Source: Azolla caroliniana
Taxonomy: Eukaryota > Plantae > Polypodiophyta
DNA: 64,000 bases
Assembly (NCBI GenBank): GCA_043228905.1
Contig: JBHGNT010000001.1
Coordinates: 25,420,001-25,484,000 of the forward strand
Reading direction: 5' to 3'
Positions within the stretch are counted from its first letter, which is position 1. Every line of letters starts with the position of its first letter. The notes under the pieces were generated by a model. It was given only the letters and a program-made list of their open reading frames with translations, was not told the DNA's origin and did not search any database. Shown piece after piece: positions 23,801-33,941 of this stretch. The translations under genes were made by a program, and so were the position numbers.

Positions 23801-24335
23801 GCGTCTCGTCGGTGAAGGTGTGCCCTATGCAGGCCGGATCTCGTAGACTAGGGTCCGATGCAACCCCTTTGATTCTCGACGCGCTGTCCTCCGGTAAGGG
23901 TGCCGCGACTGGCCTTACCTTCCGGTCCACAGTCTTGTACTTGGTGCTTACGTGGGCCGTCCGAACTGACTCGAGCCCTCGACCGAAGTCCGCGATGACT
24001 TCGTACATCTCCTCGGAACACACCGGTATCGTCCGGTCTTCGTTAAGGCCTTCTTCGACTACCTTTCCCAGCATTCCCAAGGTGTCGTCGAATGAGACCG
24101 CCTCCACGGCTCCGTTGATTTCCTCGTCCGGGCCGAGAACTCCGCACGCTCGAAGTCTCCCCTCCGCCTTTGTCTTCTCTCGGCCGCCGATGCCGACTAT
24201 CGTACACGCTCCGCTGTCGGAGAACAAAAATTCCCTACCTATGGTACAAGGTTTCTTCGGTTTTATCGTACAGGTGTGGGGTTTTCCCGGGGTGTCCGGA
24301 CTGTCGCGACCCCACGCCTTGGCAGCCCTCTCTAA
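20844..24335 (-). CDS. Gypsy-F pol (RT-RNase H-integrase); frame open from the predicted -1 frameshift site
   Basis: ORF track 20844-24227 extends 36 stop-free codons upstream to the GGATTTT site; LPQGGTNS, FLDD, HHCC (H..GH..CESC), DDE core, WFGPY; no chromodomain. Confidence 0.93.
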   Translation of the reverse strand, partial: LERAAKAWGRDSPDTPGKPHTCTIKPKKPCTIGREFLFSDSGACTIVGIGGREKTKAEGRLRACGVLGPDEEINGAVEAVSFDDTLGMLGKVVEEGLNEDRTIPVCSEEMYEVIADFGRGLESVRTAHVSTKYKTVDRKVRPVAAPLPEDSASRIKGVASDPSLRDPACIGHTFTDETLRELKIGGGGFLLPAEEDRFRRMLGRHGKAFAFSPEEIGCVDPTIVEPMVIFTVPHVPWNLKPIPVPRAHIPKLMELLRQKVDMGILEPSSAPYSNRWFTVPKKNGSLRFIQDLQPVNRVTIRNAGIGPTIDEFAEAFAGRSIYSVGDLYSGYDQFQLAVESRDITTMRTPLGLVRMCTLPQGGTNSVAHMVNAMNKVLRDCIPDITMPFLDDIPIKGCPVEEKDETIGPDGCRRFVATHIDDCEKVLQRLEDARLTFSGEKSAFGQSEIMVVGHLCGPYGRKPSPAKVEAISAMKPDCSSVTEVRRFLGACAFYHIWIPHYAHVAEPLYGLLKKGRRFEWLDEHAESVRKLKEALAAAPALRKAVYGKGTPVFITVDTSPTGIGWVVNQEDEDGNRFPIRFGAKVLSERQRGYAQVKRELWGIVSAVKADKDYLIGTEVIIETDCLPILGMVSGCATPDLAMLRWIAYIKSLDPEIRHLSGKDNAMADMLSRARFDDEGGMVSEDEEVGVDFFEAAYITTDGMSTPALNEFDASKYDGEWLQIGGFLKTMTPDASWTKDEANRIRKKAYRFFLRDGHLWKHPKKRDGVPLRVVAMKEVQEELLAAYHDSPWAGHRGTWATFEKLKGKYWWPGLYRDVHRFVSTCESCQMHSIVRHRDGLHPTYPPTIHFKWMVDLVTMPMGVGQMRYLVLAREDLTNQVEGRALQNKTTAAVCRFLVEDVICRYGCVGKIVADRGELDAEEAAELFDRLGVKLSLTTAYNPEANGKVERGHGPIVKALIRACGGRVGNWPRLLPYALWADRTTHSSVTGYMPTELMFGQKPIMPIERTISSWATVDWRDEMSREELLAARIRQLERRPEDVALATEKLRVARTKNKARFDRTHRLRPKKIDEGDWVLVYDSSLDNQHRATRKFARRWFGPYTVQSANDNGTYHLAELDGTRIAIPVAGKRIKAFKKRHDDEPDPILLDSSDDRSEAEEGPAGEE

Positions 24336-26458
24336 AAATCCTCTCGGTTATCGGAACCGAGGGAGTCGCGGTTACGCTCGTGGTTCGGCCTAACCGTCAA
24401 AAACTGGACCGAATGGCGCCCGTCCTGGCTCTTGACCCGCGCATAGGCCGAACCATTGTCCAGCACCTTGGTCTCCATTCGCGCCGCCGTGATGTACGGC
24501 TCTCCCAGTATGACCGGATGCGAAGACGTCTCCTGCACGAAGAAGTGCTGGTCAATCTCGACGTCGCCGATCTTGACTCGCACATTCGGACAGGCCCCGT
24601 GCAGTTCCTCGGTGGCGCGCGTTGCTGCCCTTATTTTCCACCCGTGCTTGGTGTTGATCGGCCATTTGCCCTTCTTATAGAAGTCCATGGACATCAAATT
24701 GATCTCCGATCCGTGGTCCACCAAAGCTATCACCGGTTCCTGGACATCGCCGATCTTCACCGGGGTTTCCGTGGTCGCTCGGGCCCAGTGCGGTCTCGAA
24801 TAGTGGCTTTCCGCCCACTCGTCTCCCAGCGCCACGTCGTCTAGGTGCGTCGTCCGCACTTCCACCGGTCTTTCCGGTCCTGTCTCCGTTGACAGCCTCT
24901 TCCGTTTCACCAAGTCCACGATGGAGTCGTGGAACTCCTTCTTGGCGATTCCCAGCACCTCCCGTAGCGACAGCTCCACCTTGCTGTCGAGGATCCGTTC
25001 CTCCAGGACCTTTCGTAAGTCCGTGGTTCTTTCTATCTCCGTCCCCAGACGGTACCCGCCCTTCTGGGGTTTATCTTGCGTACCGGCCCCGCCGGCTTCG
25101 TCCCGTCGTGGCCCGGACCGGGTCTCGTATCGTTGTGAGGGCCCGGTCGTCCCGGGTTTCCCCACCCGCTTCTCTTCTACCAGAGCCTCGTAGTTCCGGC
25201 AAGCGGCTTCCACGAAGCCCGTCTTTTCCTCGACCGGGTCGCTCCACCCGGTCATCTCCCGTACCCGTTTCTCCGCACGGTCCGATTCCTCCCTTTTAAG
25301 CCCTGCACCGGCAAGGCCTTCCAGCATCGTCGGCCAGAATCCGGCTTTGCTTTCCTTTCGGGCCTCGCCGCCCCCGACCCGAATACCGGCCGACGCCGAG
25401 TAGTGGACGGTTTCCGCATGTCGGGCCGCCGCCTCTTCCATCAACCTCTTCATTCCGCCTCGCCCGTCGTTTCGGTTTAGGGCCCTTCTCGTGTCGTTGG
25501 CGTGAACCCGGCCTTCCCATAGGTACACCACCCGGTTCCTCAGCGCCTCTGCGAAATCGCCGCAGTCTTTTCGGATGTGGCCGACCCCGTCGCACCACAT
25601 GCACCTGTTCCCTGCCGCCGGCCGTCGGTCACGAGCAGGTCCTCCGCCTTCTCTGCGGGCTTGTGCGATTTGGAGGTCTTTTATCGCCCTCGTCAGTTCC
25701 TCCAACGCAGCTCCTCCAGTCGAGCCTCCGATCACGCCGGTCGGAGCTGAACCGGATTCCAGCCACTCCCGAGTCTCTTCCCTTCGCACCGGCTGCGCCG
25801 GCTCGAGTTTCCTCGCCGCGACTGAGCCCGACCCGATTGCTCTGTCATCCTCCCATTCTCGCCGTTTGTCGAAACGGCCGCAGGCTCTCTTGACCGCCGC
25901 CCAGTCGGCTGTCAGCCCGTCTTCGGTTTCTAGCAGGGCGCCCACGTGACTCCGATCCCTCTCGTCAACCGATTTGACGAACAGCAGGACCCGGCTTGTA
26001 TCCAGGACCATCCTGTCAAGCGCCGAAAGGCGCGCGAAGTTCTCCTCGAACTCCCGGAGGAGTGCCGACGCATTCCTTCCTTTCCCGGGAGACTCCACCC
26101 ACTCCATGAAGCTTCGCTTCGAAAGCCGGAGCGCGTCGTCCAGTCCGTATTTTTCCAGGAGCCGACCTTCGAACTCCTCCCAGGTACGGCTCTCCGCCCG
26201 CACCTCGAGCACCTCCGCGTGGATGCTCGGCATTGCCACTCGGGGAAAACCGGCAAGACGCCTGTCTTCCGGAATGTCCCGCATTAACATTTCCGCACCG
26301 TAGGACGCCAGGTACTTCGTGGCATCTTTTCCGGTGAATCGACCGATCGTTCCGACGACCGCCTCAATAGCTCTATCGAGGGCGCCGGTGCCCTCGCGCG
26401 CGCTTACTATCCGATCCACGGCCGAAGCCATGGCCTCTGCAAGATCCGCCCCCTTCAT
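24332..26458 (-). CDS. Gypsy-F gag-protease polyprotein (708 aa)
   Basis: CCHC CMWCDGVGHIRKDC; retropepsin-like ALVDHGSEINLM..VILGEP; starts just after the PBS. Confidence 0.92.
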   Translation of the reverse strand: MKGADLAEAMASAVDRIVSAREGTGALDRAIEAVVGTIGRFTGKDATKYLASYGAEMLMRDIPEDRRLAGFPRVAMPSIHAEVLEVRAESRTWEEFEGRLLEKYGLDDALRLSKRSFMEWVESPGKGRNASALLREFEENFARLSALDRMVLDTSRVLLFVKSVDERDRSHVGALLETEDGLTADWAAVKRACGRFDKRREWEDDRAIGSGSVAARKLEPAQPVRREETREWLESGSAPTGVIGGSTGGAALEELTRAIKDLQIAQARREGGGPARDRRPAAGNRCMWCDGVGHIRKDCGDFAEALRNRVVYLWEGRVHANDTRRALNRNDGRGGMKRLMEEAAARHAETVHYSASAGIRVGGGEARKESKAGFWPTMLEGLAGAGLKREESDRAEKRVREMTGWSDPVEEKTGFVEAACRNYEALVEEKRVGKPGTTGPSQRYETRSGPRRDEAGGAGTQDKPQKGGYRLGTEIERTTDLRKVLEERILDSKVELSLREVLGIAKKEFHDSIVDLVKRKRLSTETGPERPVEVRTTHLDDVALGDEWAESHYSRPHWARATTETPVKIGDVQEPVIALVDHGSEINLMSMDFYKKGKWPINTKHGWKIRAATRATEELHGACPNVRVKIGDVEIDQHFFVQETSSHPVILGEPYITAARMETKVLDNGSAYARVKSQDGRHSVQFLTVRPNHERNRDSLGSDNREDF

Positions 26459-26480
26459 TTCCTACTCTTCTGCCGCCTCT

Positions 26481-26498
26481 TTCACGTCGGGTTCACCA
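26481..26498 (-). promoter_or_regulatory. tRNA-Trp primer-binding site of Gypsy-F
   Basis: + strand ttcacgtcgggttcacca, 3 nt from the 5' LTR. Confidence 0.85.
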
Positions 26499-26501
26499 AG
26501 A

Positions 26502-27223
26502 TGTCGGGGTTACTACGCCCTTGCGTGTAGAAAGGAGGAGGGACCACGGGGGTCTTGAACCGAAGAGCAAGAGAGAGAGGAGTAAGAGAGAGAGACCCGA
26601 TTACACTGAACCGAAGATCCGATTGCGCAGAACCGACACTTGCACAGGGACACGGCCCAACAAACAGAGATCACAAATAAACGCCGACGCAGATGGACGC
26701 AACAACGAAAGATATGTACTTATGAATGCAAAAAAAATAACAGACTAAAGTATTACAACCCACGGTGGGGCACGAAATAGATACTAACGAAAACGAACAG
26801 GGCGGCGAATAGATGCCGACCCTTGTATGTCTTGACGCACAGAAAGGGAAAACAGGTCGGAGGTGCTGCGGGACGCACTCGGGCCGTTCCACGGAACAGC
26901 GCAAGCCTCCTCGAAACCTGCACAGGTACGCGATGGAGCAGAAGACAGAGAAAGCAGGAGTGAGAGAGAAGCTCCGAAATCGGTTCCGCAGCACTTCCCC
27001 CTCTCCGCGCGAGATACCCCCCACTTCTCTTCTTCCTCTTCCTTTTTTTTAGCCCGTCCAGAGGCCGTTTGGCATTAACTGCATACCAACCGAATCTACC
27101 CACCTAGGATCCTCGTATGTACCTACTTCGTCCTTAGGTACTTCTTGGCGCGCGTGTGTGTGTAGAGCCGTTTCCCACGCCTTGTTCCTCCGATTCCTCT
27201 TGTGGGCGGTTTTCTTCACGACA
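26502..27223 (-). repeat. Gypsy-F 5' LTR
   Basis: Near-identical to 20050-20771. Confidence 0.96.
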
Positions 27224-28999
27224 CCGGCACGGATACCGGCTTCGTCAAGTTGTCCGACTGAGATCAAGGGTCTTGAAAGCTCAGGAACGTGTCGGACGTT
27301 GTGTAGTACGAGTGTAGAGCCACCCGGAAGGTTGAGCTCTACGGTACCAATTCCGATTATGACACAGTGTTGCGAGTTCCCGACTCGAATTGAGTCGGAG
27401 TGCCGGTCCGAGTATTGCCGAAACTAAGATCTGTGAGGTGTGACATGATATGATACGCCCGAGTCCAGGAGCCATGTGCTCGATTCCTCAGTCGTAAGCA
27501 GAACTTCTGATTCGACTGGGTTCTCTATGAACAGTATGTTCGGGTCGGTCATCAAAATTTCGGCTGGAGAGCTGACGTAGTTGACCTCCTCATGCCGGCT
27601 ACTCTTCTGATCCTCTCTTTGAGCTTTGTCTGTTTTTTCTTTGAGTGCTCGATAGTTAGCTTTGATGTGTCTTGGTTTCTTGTAGTAGTTGCAAATTTGG
27701 TTGTCCCGGGACTTGTTCCGGCTTCGCTGATTGTTCGACAGTCGAGAAGAACTTTTTCCCCGATTGTTCGATCGGTCTGTCGAACCTTGTACTACGTAAG
27801 CTTCATCTGCCGAGTCTTTGGCAAAAGACTTTCTCTGAGCTACTTCAGTCAGGATTGCGCTCGTGATTTCAGAGTACTTAATGGCAGTTGTTGAAGCATT
27901 GCACACGGTTGTGACGAAAGTTTCCCAAGAAGAGGGGAGACTACTCATGACTATAATTGCTCTGAGTTCATCCTCTATTGCCGTCCCTTGAGACGATATT
28001 TGGGAGCTTAGGCTTTCGTACTCTTTGAAGTGTACCTGAACCGAATCAGATTTTTTCATCCGCAAGTTGTAGAGGCGCCGGATCAGATACATCTTCGTTG
28101 CAGCGACCTTCTTTTCATAGGTTTCCGACAGTGTTTTCCAAAGTTCAAAAGTTGTCGAGCATGATTGCACCGTGACGTACACTGACTCTGACAAGTGCAT
28201 CCGAATCGTGGCGCGGACTATTCTGTCCAACTTTAGCCACTCGTTTGCCTTGTATGCTTCTAGAGGATTTTCATTCTCAATCGGGTCTATCTGACCCTTG
28301 ACTATGAGATAGTCCTGCATTTGTTCCTTCCAGAAGTTGAAGTTCGAACCGTCAAACCTCCTTAGACTCATCTCTAATGAGCCGGATGTTGATGCCATCT
28401 GATTCAGTTTTGGTTGGTAAGACTCTGTTCGGAATTGACTAGGAACCTTAGTGGGGTGTAGCTGGTTAGCTCACCCGATATCATTCTAGTTGGTCTTGAA
28501 CCAGAGTCGGTTTCCTTCTTGGAGTGACTCCGGTTAGCTTCTGATTGTATGACGAATATAGATCACAAGAAATCGATTGTTTAGGCCGATTTTGCTTCAG
28601 ATGACTGCAACGATGAGAGGGACGGATCCAACTGATCCTCTCGAATGTCGATCAACCGAATGAAGCACAAATTTGGTTGTTTCCTGGAGACCAATCTAGA
28701 GCGGGTGGTTACAACAAGCGGGTGAATAGCATCCGGTGACCTATTCGGATGTTGTTTAACCAGATGAAGCACAATTGGGTCGGGTGTTGCACAAGGAGCT
28801 CACCTCAAGTGGTTACAATCACAAGAATAGAGTACAACCGGCTAGCTTACTCCAATTAGTGATTTAACATAGTGAGATGCAGACTTCTTGTTTGTCTTGT
28901 CTCTTCTCTGTTCCTTAAGAAAAACAAAAACAGAATGTTGTGTGGTGTACTATGACAGCCGACAACGGGTTGAAGAACCTCCAACGCTCTAATACCAAA

Positions 29000-29298
29000 T
29001 GTTGGGGACAAGGTCGTCAGTGCGGAAGAACAAACAACATCTGTGATGTTGAAGGACCTGTGTATGAGAATAAACAAGATACAGAGAGAGAGAGAGAGAG
29101 AGAGGCACAAAGAAACGTTTTATTTCTTAATACAAACAATTACAAATGACAACCAACCTTTTACTAAAGGTTACAAAGTCACTTTATATAGTGACTATCC
29201 TAGGGCAATTGCCCTTTATGCTATTTACAGAAATAGCCCAAACTTGGGTTGTCCAAAGGGATAGTGTGAATACGGCCATTATACACTCGTATTCAACA
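29000..29298 (-). repeat. Copia-D 5' LTR
   Basis: Pairs with 16960-17368 (roughly 16 substitutions by eye plus the AG tract difference). Confidence 0.92.
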
Positions 29299-29303
29299 GT
29301 TGG

Positions 29304-31736
29304 TTCCTCATTCGACTGGTCATCCCGACTCAGCCGCTCATTCGGTCCACTTAGCCGAAATGAGATCGGACTCTCTTCTAGAGTGTCGAGGTCTTCATCT
29401 TCTATCTGGACCGGTTCAGGCTCACTAGCCTCATCCTCCGGTATCAGGTCGGGGTCTGAAGTCGAAGCCAGTAAGGCATACCATGATGCCGTCTCATGAA
29501 ACTCAACATCCCGGCTAACTCGGACCTATTTCGTCCGGGGGTTATAACACTTATACCCCTTTTGCTCATACAAGTAACCGACGAGGATGCATTTCTCCGA
29601 CTTTGCATCCAACTTCCTCCGCTTCTCATCAGGCACATGCACACATGCAATGCTACCGAATATCCGAAGGTGTCTCAAATTCGGCTTGCATCTGAAATAT
29701 AGCTCATGCACGGACACCTTGTCACCGATCCAGTTTTGGATATAGGCAGTCGTCCGGACCGCCTCGGCCAAGTAGAAATGGGGCATGCTCTTCTCCTCCA
29801 GCATTGCCCTTGCCGTGTCGACAATCGACCGGTTCTTCCTTTCGGCCACACGGTTTTGCTCCGGTGTGTATCTGCAGCTGAACTCTCTTCGAATTCCTTT
29901 TTGTTGCAGATAACTATTGAATTGGCCGGAAAAATATTCTTTTCCACCATACGACCGCATGCACTTGATCTTCCTCTCAGTTTCCCGTTCAACCAGGCTT
30001 TGCAGGTTCCGGAAACACTCGAAGACTTTGCTCTTTCGCTCAATGAGGTAGATCCATGTGTGTCAGTTGTAGTCGTCGATGAAGGAGATGAAATACCGAC
30101 TCCCGCCAAGACTAACGTTCTGTGTTGGTCCCCATACATCTGAATGAATAAGGTCGAGCTTGTTACGACTATGGTTTTGTTCGGTGGGGAATGGAAGTCG
30201 GTGTTGCTTCCCGAGTTGGCAGGCTTCACATATTTGGGCCTTTCGGCCACTAAACTTCCGCAAACCGAAAACAACTTGTTTCGTTTGCAGGTCTTGAAGC
30301 CTCCAGTAATTGACGTGTCCAATCCGCTTGTGCCAGAGATCAATATCCGATTCAATCTTTTGTCCTTTGGCAAACAAAGCGGTGCTGATGTCATTGGTGT
30401 CCAGGACGAACATCCTCCCTTCTCTTTGCCCTTGCACAATAATCTGGCCCTCTTACTCGATGAAGCACCCAAGGTGCATAAACCGCACCTGCATCCCTTG
30501 GTCAACGATCTGACCGATTGACACCAGTTTCTTCGTGATAGTCGGAACGTGTAATACCTTCATCAACTTCCCCTTCTGTCCGATGTGGCTCAAAGGGACT
30601 TCTCCGATATGCACGATTGGGTGAGGAGTGTCGTCTTCGGTTTCGACGACTCCTGGTTGTTCCGGTTTCTCCAAGAAAGAGAACCACTCTTTGTGGCTCG
30701 TTATGTGATTCGACGCACCGGAATCAACGTACCACACTTCCTCTGATTCGGAAGTGGTCTTCTTCATCGAGTTAGCCTCATGTTTCATCACCAAGGCTGG
30801 CCCTTTACCAGCTTTTCTAGTTTTGGATCCTCCCGATCCTTCTGCATAGTGCGAGTATTGTCGGTTCTCTTTGTCGGCTTTGCCGGATCCGGATATGTCC
30901 GAATTGGGGCGCTTCTTCCAGCACTCGCTTTCTCTGTTGCCCTTTTTACCACAATACCAGCATTCTATGTTGGCCTTTGCTTGCCGGCCTCTGGCGCCGC
31001 CTTGACTCCCCCTGCTTGTGGAGGGTCCGGAACTGCTATCGGCACGTTCTCTGTGCCTTCGGTCCTGCTCTTGCCGGCTGCTACCATTGCGAGCCGACCC
31101 GCCTCGTCCACCACAGCCACGGGACCGATCCGCCTCTGTGTATAGCATCCGGTTGTCAATGGGTGCACTTGTTGACACACCGGCGTGGTTCTCCATAGGG
31201 AGCATCAACTGTAAGTCGAAAAATGACGGCGTATTCTCCCTTGTACACACAGTAGTTCGGAATGCTCCGAACTTTGACGCCAAACCCTCGAGACAAATTT
31301 GCACCATATCGGCTTCTTCGATATTCACATCGATGGAGGCCAAAGAGTCGCAAATGTCCTTGATTTTGGAGGTGTAGTCTGCCACCGACAAGTCGCGTTG
31401 TCGTAGGTTGCTCATCTCCTGTCAAAGTTGAAGCTTCTTGGCTGTAGTGCTTGCGGTGAAAATCTTCTTCAGATTTCCCCAAGCATCTTTCGGCGTTTTT
31501 GCATCCCGAATGTAGCTTAGGAGTTGTTCGCCCACACAAGACGCGAAACAATACAATACTCTGTTCGCCGACTGTTCCCACACCGGGAAATCTCTGCGTG
31601 TCGATTAGGGTGTTGTGTCATTTGCTCTGTCCACATAGCTCCAGTAACCGTGCCCAAGTAGGTACTGGTGCATCTTGTAGGACCAAGACGCGTAGTTGTT
31701 TTTGTCAAGCTTCTTCGTCGGAAGCGAGCTAGCCAT
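29304..31736 (-). pseudogene. Copia-A gag, protease, GAG-pre-integrase and integrase (disrupted)
   Basis: KLDKNNYASWSYKM; CWYCGKKG knuckle; WYVDSGASNH; LWHKRIGH..CEACQLGK; HSDVWGP; TPEQN..AERKNR. Confidence 0.92.
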
Positions 31737-31831
31737 GCCTCTATCCATCGGTTTTACCTATTCTTCTTGGTTGGTTTTACTTTCAAGCTATGTCGGTTGC
31801 AGAGGTTTTCAACCCTCTCGCTCTGATACCA

Positions 31832-32226
31832 TGAAAAGAATAGTGTGCGGAAGCAAGTAGAAAACCGAAGACAGAAAAATGCAAGGGTTTAATAGAGAGC
31901 TTGAATATATGCAGTACACGGGAGAGACAGAGAGAAAGAGAGAGAAGACACAAGACTCTATTAAGAAAATAACAGTTCTCTATAATACTCTCTGTACATC
32001 ATATGTGTTCAGTGAACACTTTTATACAAGTCCATATGGGCTGACAAAAGTACGGTGTACTTCAATGCTCACACAAGCGTCTACCTAGTAGTCTAGGCTG
32101 CTACTAGACTTCCGGTTACTGATGGATCCGGCTAACCGGCTCACCGATCTAGCTCATACTTCCGGATACCGATCCGGCTTAGGCTTATTCAGCCGATCCG
32201 GATCCAGTTGAGTTTGCCGCTCAACA
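31832..32226 (-). repeat. Copia-A 5' LTR (395 bp)
   Basis: Pairs with 107-524; adjacent iMet PBS; followed by TSD AGTCT. Confidence 0.92.
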
Positions 32227-32762
32227 AGTCTCGTGCGCTTCGATGGCATACGCGAAAGTGCAACCTAATGGTCAAGCCAAATGAGCCCTCTTTTCGTAGT
32301 AGGCCCACGTGGCCCATCACATGGTTACGTCATTATGAATGCCTCTCGTAAGAATGATCTCATGGTGGCATCGTATCCATGTAACGAGGGAGGGATGTTG
32401 GATATGTGTGTCATAGGAGTGACCTCACATGAAGTGGGTCAAGCCCTACATTCTCAACATTATTGTGGCTATAGGCATTTCTTTACGTAATAAAATCGAA
32501 GTCACCAACGGGAATGTCAACAATAAAAAATTGTTGAAAAAAGGGATGGTGACAACACCATTCTCACAATAATGTGAGGACGGCCACCAAGATCCTTTCC
32601 CCGAAAAGGAAAACACTCAATATTAAAATTATGTAATAACTTATATACACATATGTATATTATCACATATATACGATCAAATGCGTATACACGTGACCAC
32701 ATATGCGTATATTAAACAAATCGTTACATCAAATAGCCATAAATGATATGATCGAGATACGT

Positions 32763-33022
32763 AATTGAGGCATATAGCTCTACGCAAACGAAACATCCAA
32801 AAATAAGGGTTCATCATAATACGCAATTGAAGTATTGACCTCTTACGCATACGAGACCAAACACATATCATTTACTAGGAAATCGAGGTATTGACCTCAT
32901 ACTCATACGTAACATATGTATGTGAGTGTAATACACAATTGAGGTATTAACCTCGTGCGCATACGACACTACTCACATATTCAATATATGTCAAATGAGG
33001 TATTGACCTCATACACATATGT
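32763..33022. repeat. Five-unit hairpin repeat array in the Gypsy-0 leader
   Basis: Cores at 32767, 32829, 32885, 32941, 32997. Confidence 0.85.
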
Positions 33023-33736
33023 AAACGTTTTATACAACCAATTAATAACCACTACAACATCATTAAATTAATGAAAAAAATTACATATAGACTATACACA
33101 TGATTAGATGGGAGAAGAAAAAATAGAAAAAATAATAAAGAAAGAGTTACCGAAGTTCCTTTGTTGATCGTTGTCGAAGTACTTTGTTGTTCATTGTCTG
33201 GATCAAGGCCGACCGCACATCGATCGATCACCATCAATCAACAAGACAAAAGACAACAAAAGAAACATTAGAACATAGGCTTTGAAACCAACTATTAGAG
33301 ATATGTACTAATGTAAGCATTAGATAAGGATAGAATATAGATAGATAGATAGAAAGGAGAGAGAGAGAGAGAAAGAAGTGTGTTGATCCACCTGACCACC
33401 CCCGAGTGAAGGGATCGAGACGGACTCAAGCCTCAATCGGCGTCCCATACCACCGTCGTGGCGTCGAGTCGTACCTGGTGCTGGCGTGCTCACTACAAGA
33501 GTTGAACCGCCGAGAAACAGAGTCTCGACGTAGTCAAAAGATGATGAAATGAGGATAGCTAGGCCTCTTATTTATAGCGATACCCAAGGCCCCCAAGCAA
33601 GTTCACACTTGGCCTAATGGGTTGTCTCAATCCCGAGGATTAAAAGTAATCCTCCCCTTCTTTACACTCTCGTTTAACCCTCACACTTATCCATGTGTAT
33701 AGAATACTACGGTAAATTCTCACTACGGGATATTAT

Positions 33737-33905
33737 TGTCGAATACATGTGTATAATGGACGTATTCACACTATCCCGTTTTGGCCATTTATGTAATTAG
33801 CATAAAGGGTAGTTGCCCTAAGTCGGTCACTATATATAGTGACCTTGTAACCTCTTTGTGGGGTTGGTTGTTGTATTCTTTGTTTATGCAATAAGAAAGT
33901 CTTTT

Positions 33906-33941
<36 letters not shown>

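Larger units (their letters stand above)
20050..27223 (-). mobile_element. Gypsy-F: intact, young, GC-rich Ty3/gypsy of the same lineage as Gypsy-C
   Basis: 722-bp LTRs 20050-20771 and 26502-27223 with 4 C/T differences by eye; 4-bp TSD CCGG (20046-20049, 27224-27227); tRNA-Trp PBS 26481-26498; PPT from 20772; two uninterrupted ORFs. Confidence 0.96.
17564..28398 (-). pseudogene. Copia-D gag-pol, interrupted by Gypsy-F, with stops and two RT deletions
   Basis: Colinear with Copia-E ORF (MASTSGSLEMSLRRFDGSNF.., WLLDSG, LRTDNGGEF, IYVDDML); deletions at ELPKNR/QMPPKGF and ASTPL/ATRLDI. Confidence 0.92.

Noticed and set aside
21118-26303. Long antisense and alternate-frame ORFs over Gypsy-F (e.g. 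22576-23511, 23617-24393)
   Set aside because: Expected shadows of GC-rich coding sequence; no recognisable domains.
26481-26498. tRNA-Trp gene
   Set aside because: Only the 18-nt 3' end including CCA is present, next to an LTR, so it is a PBS.
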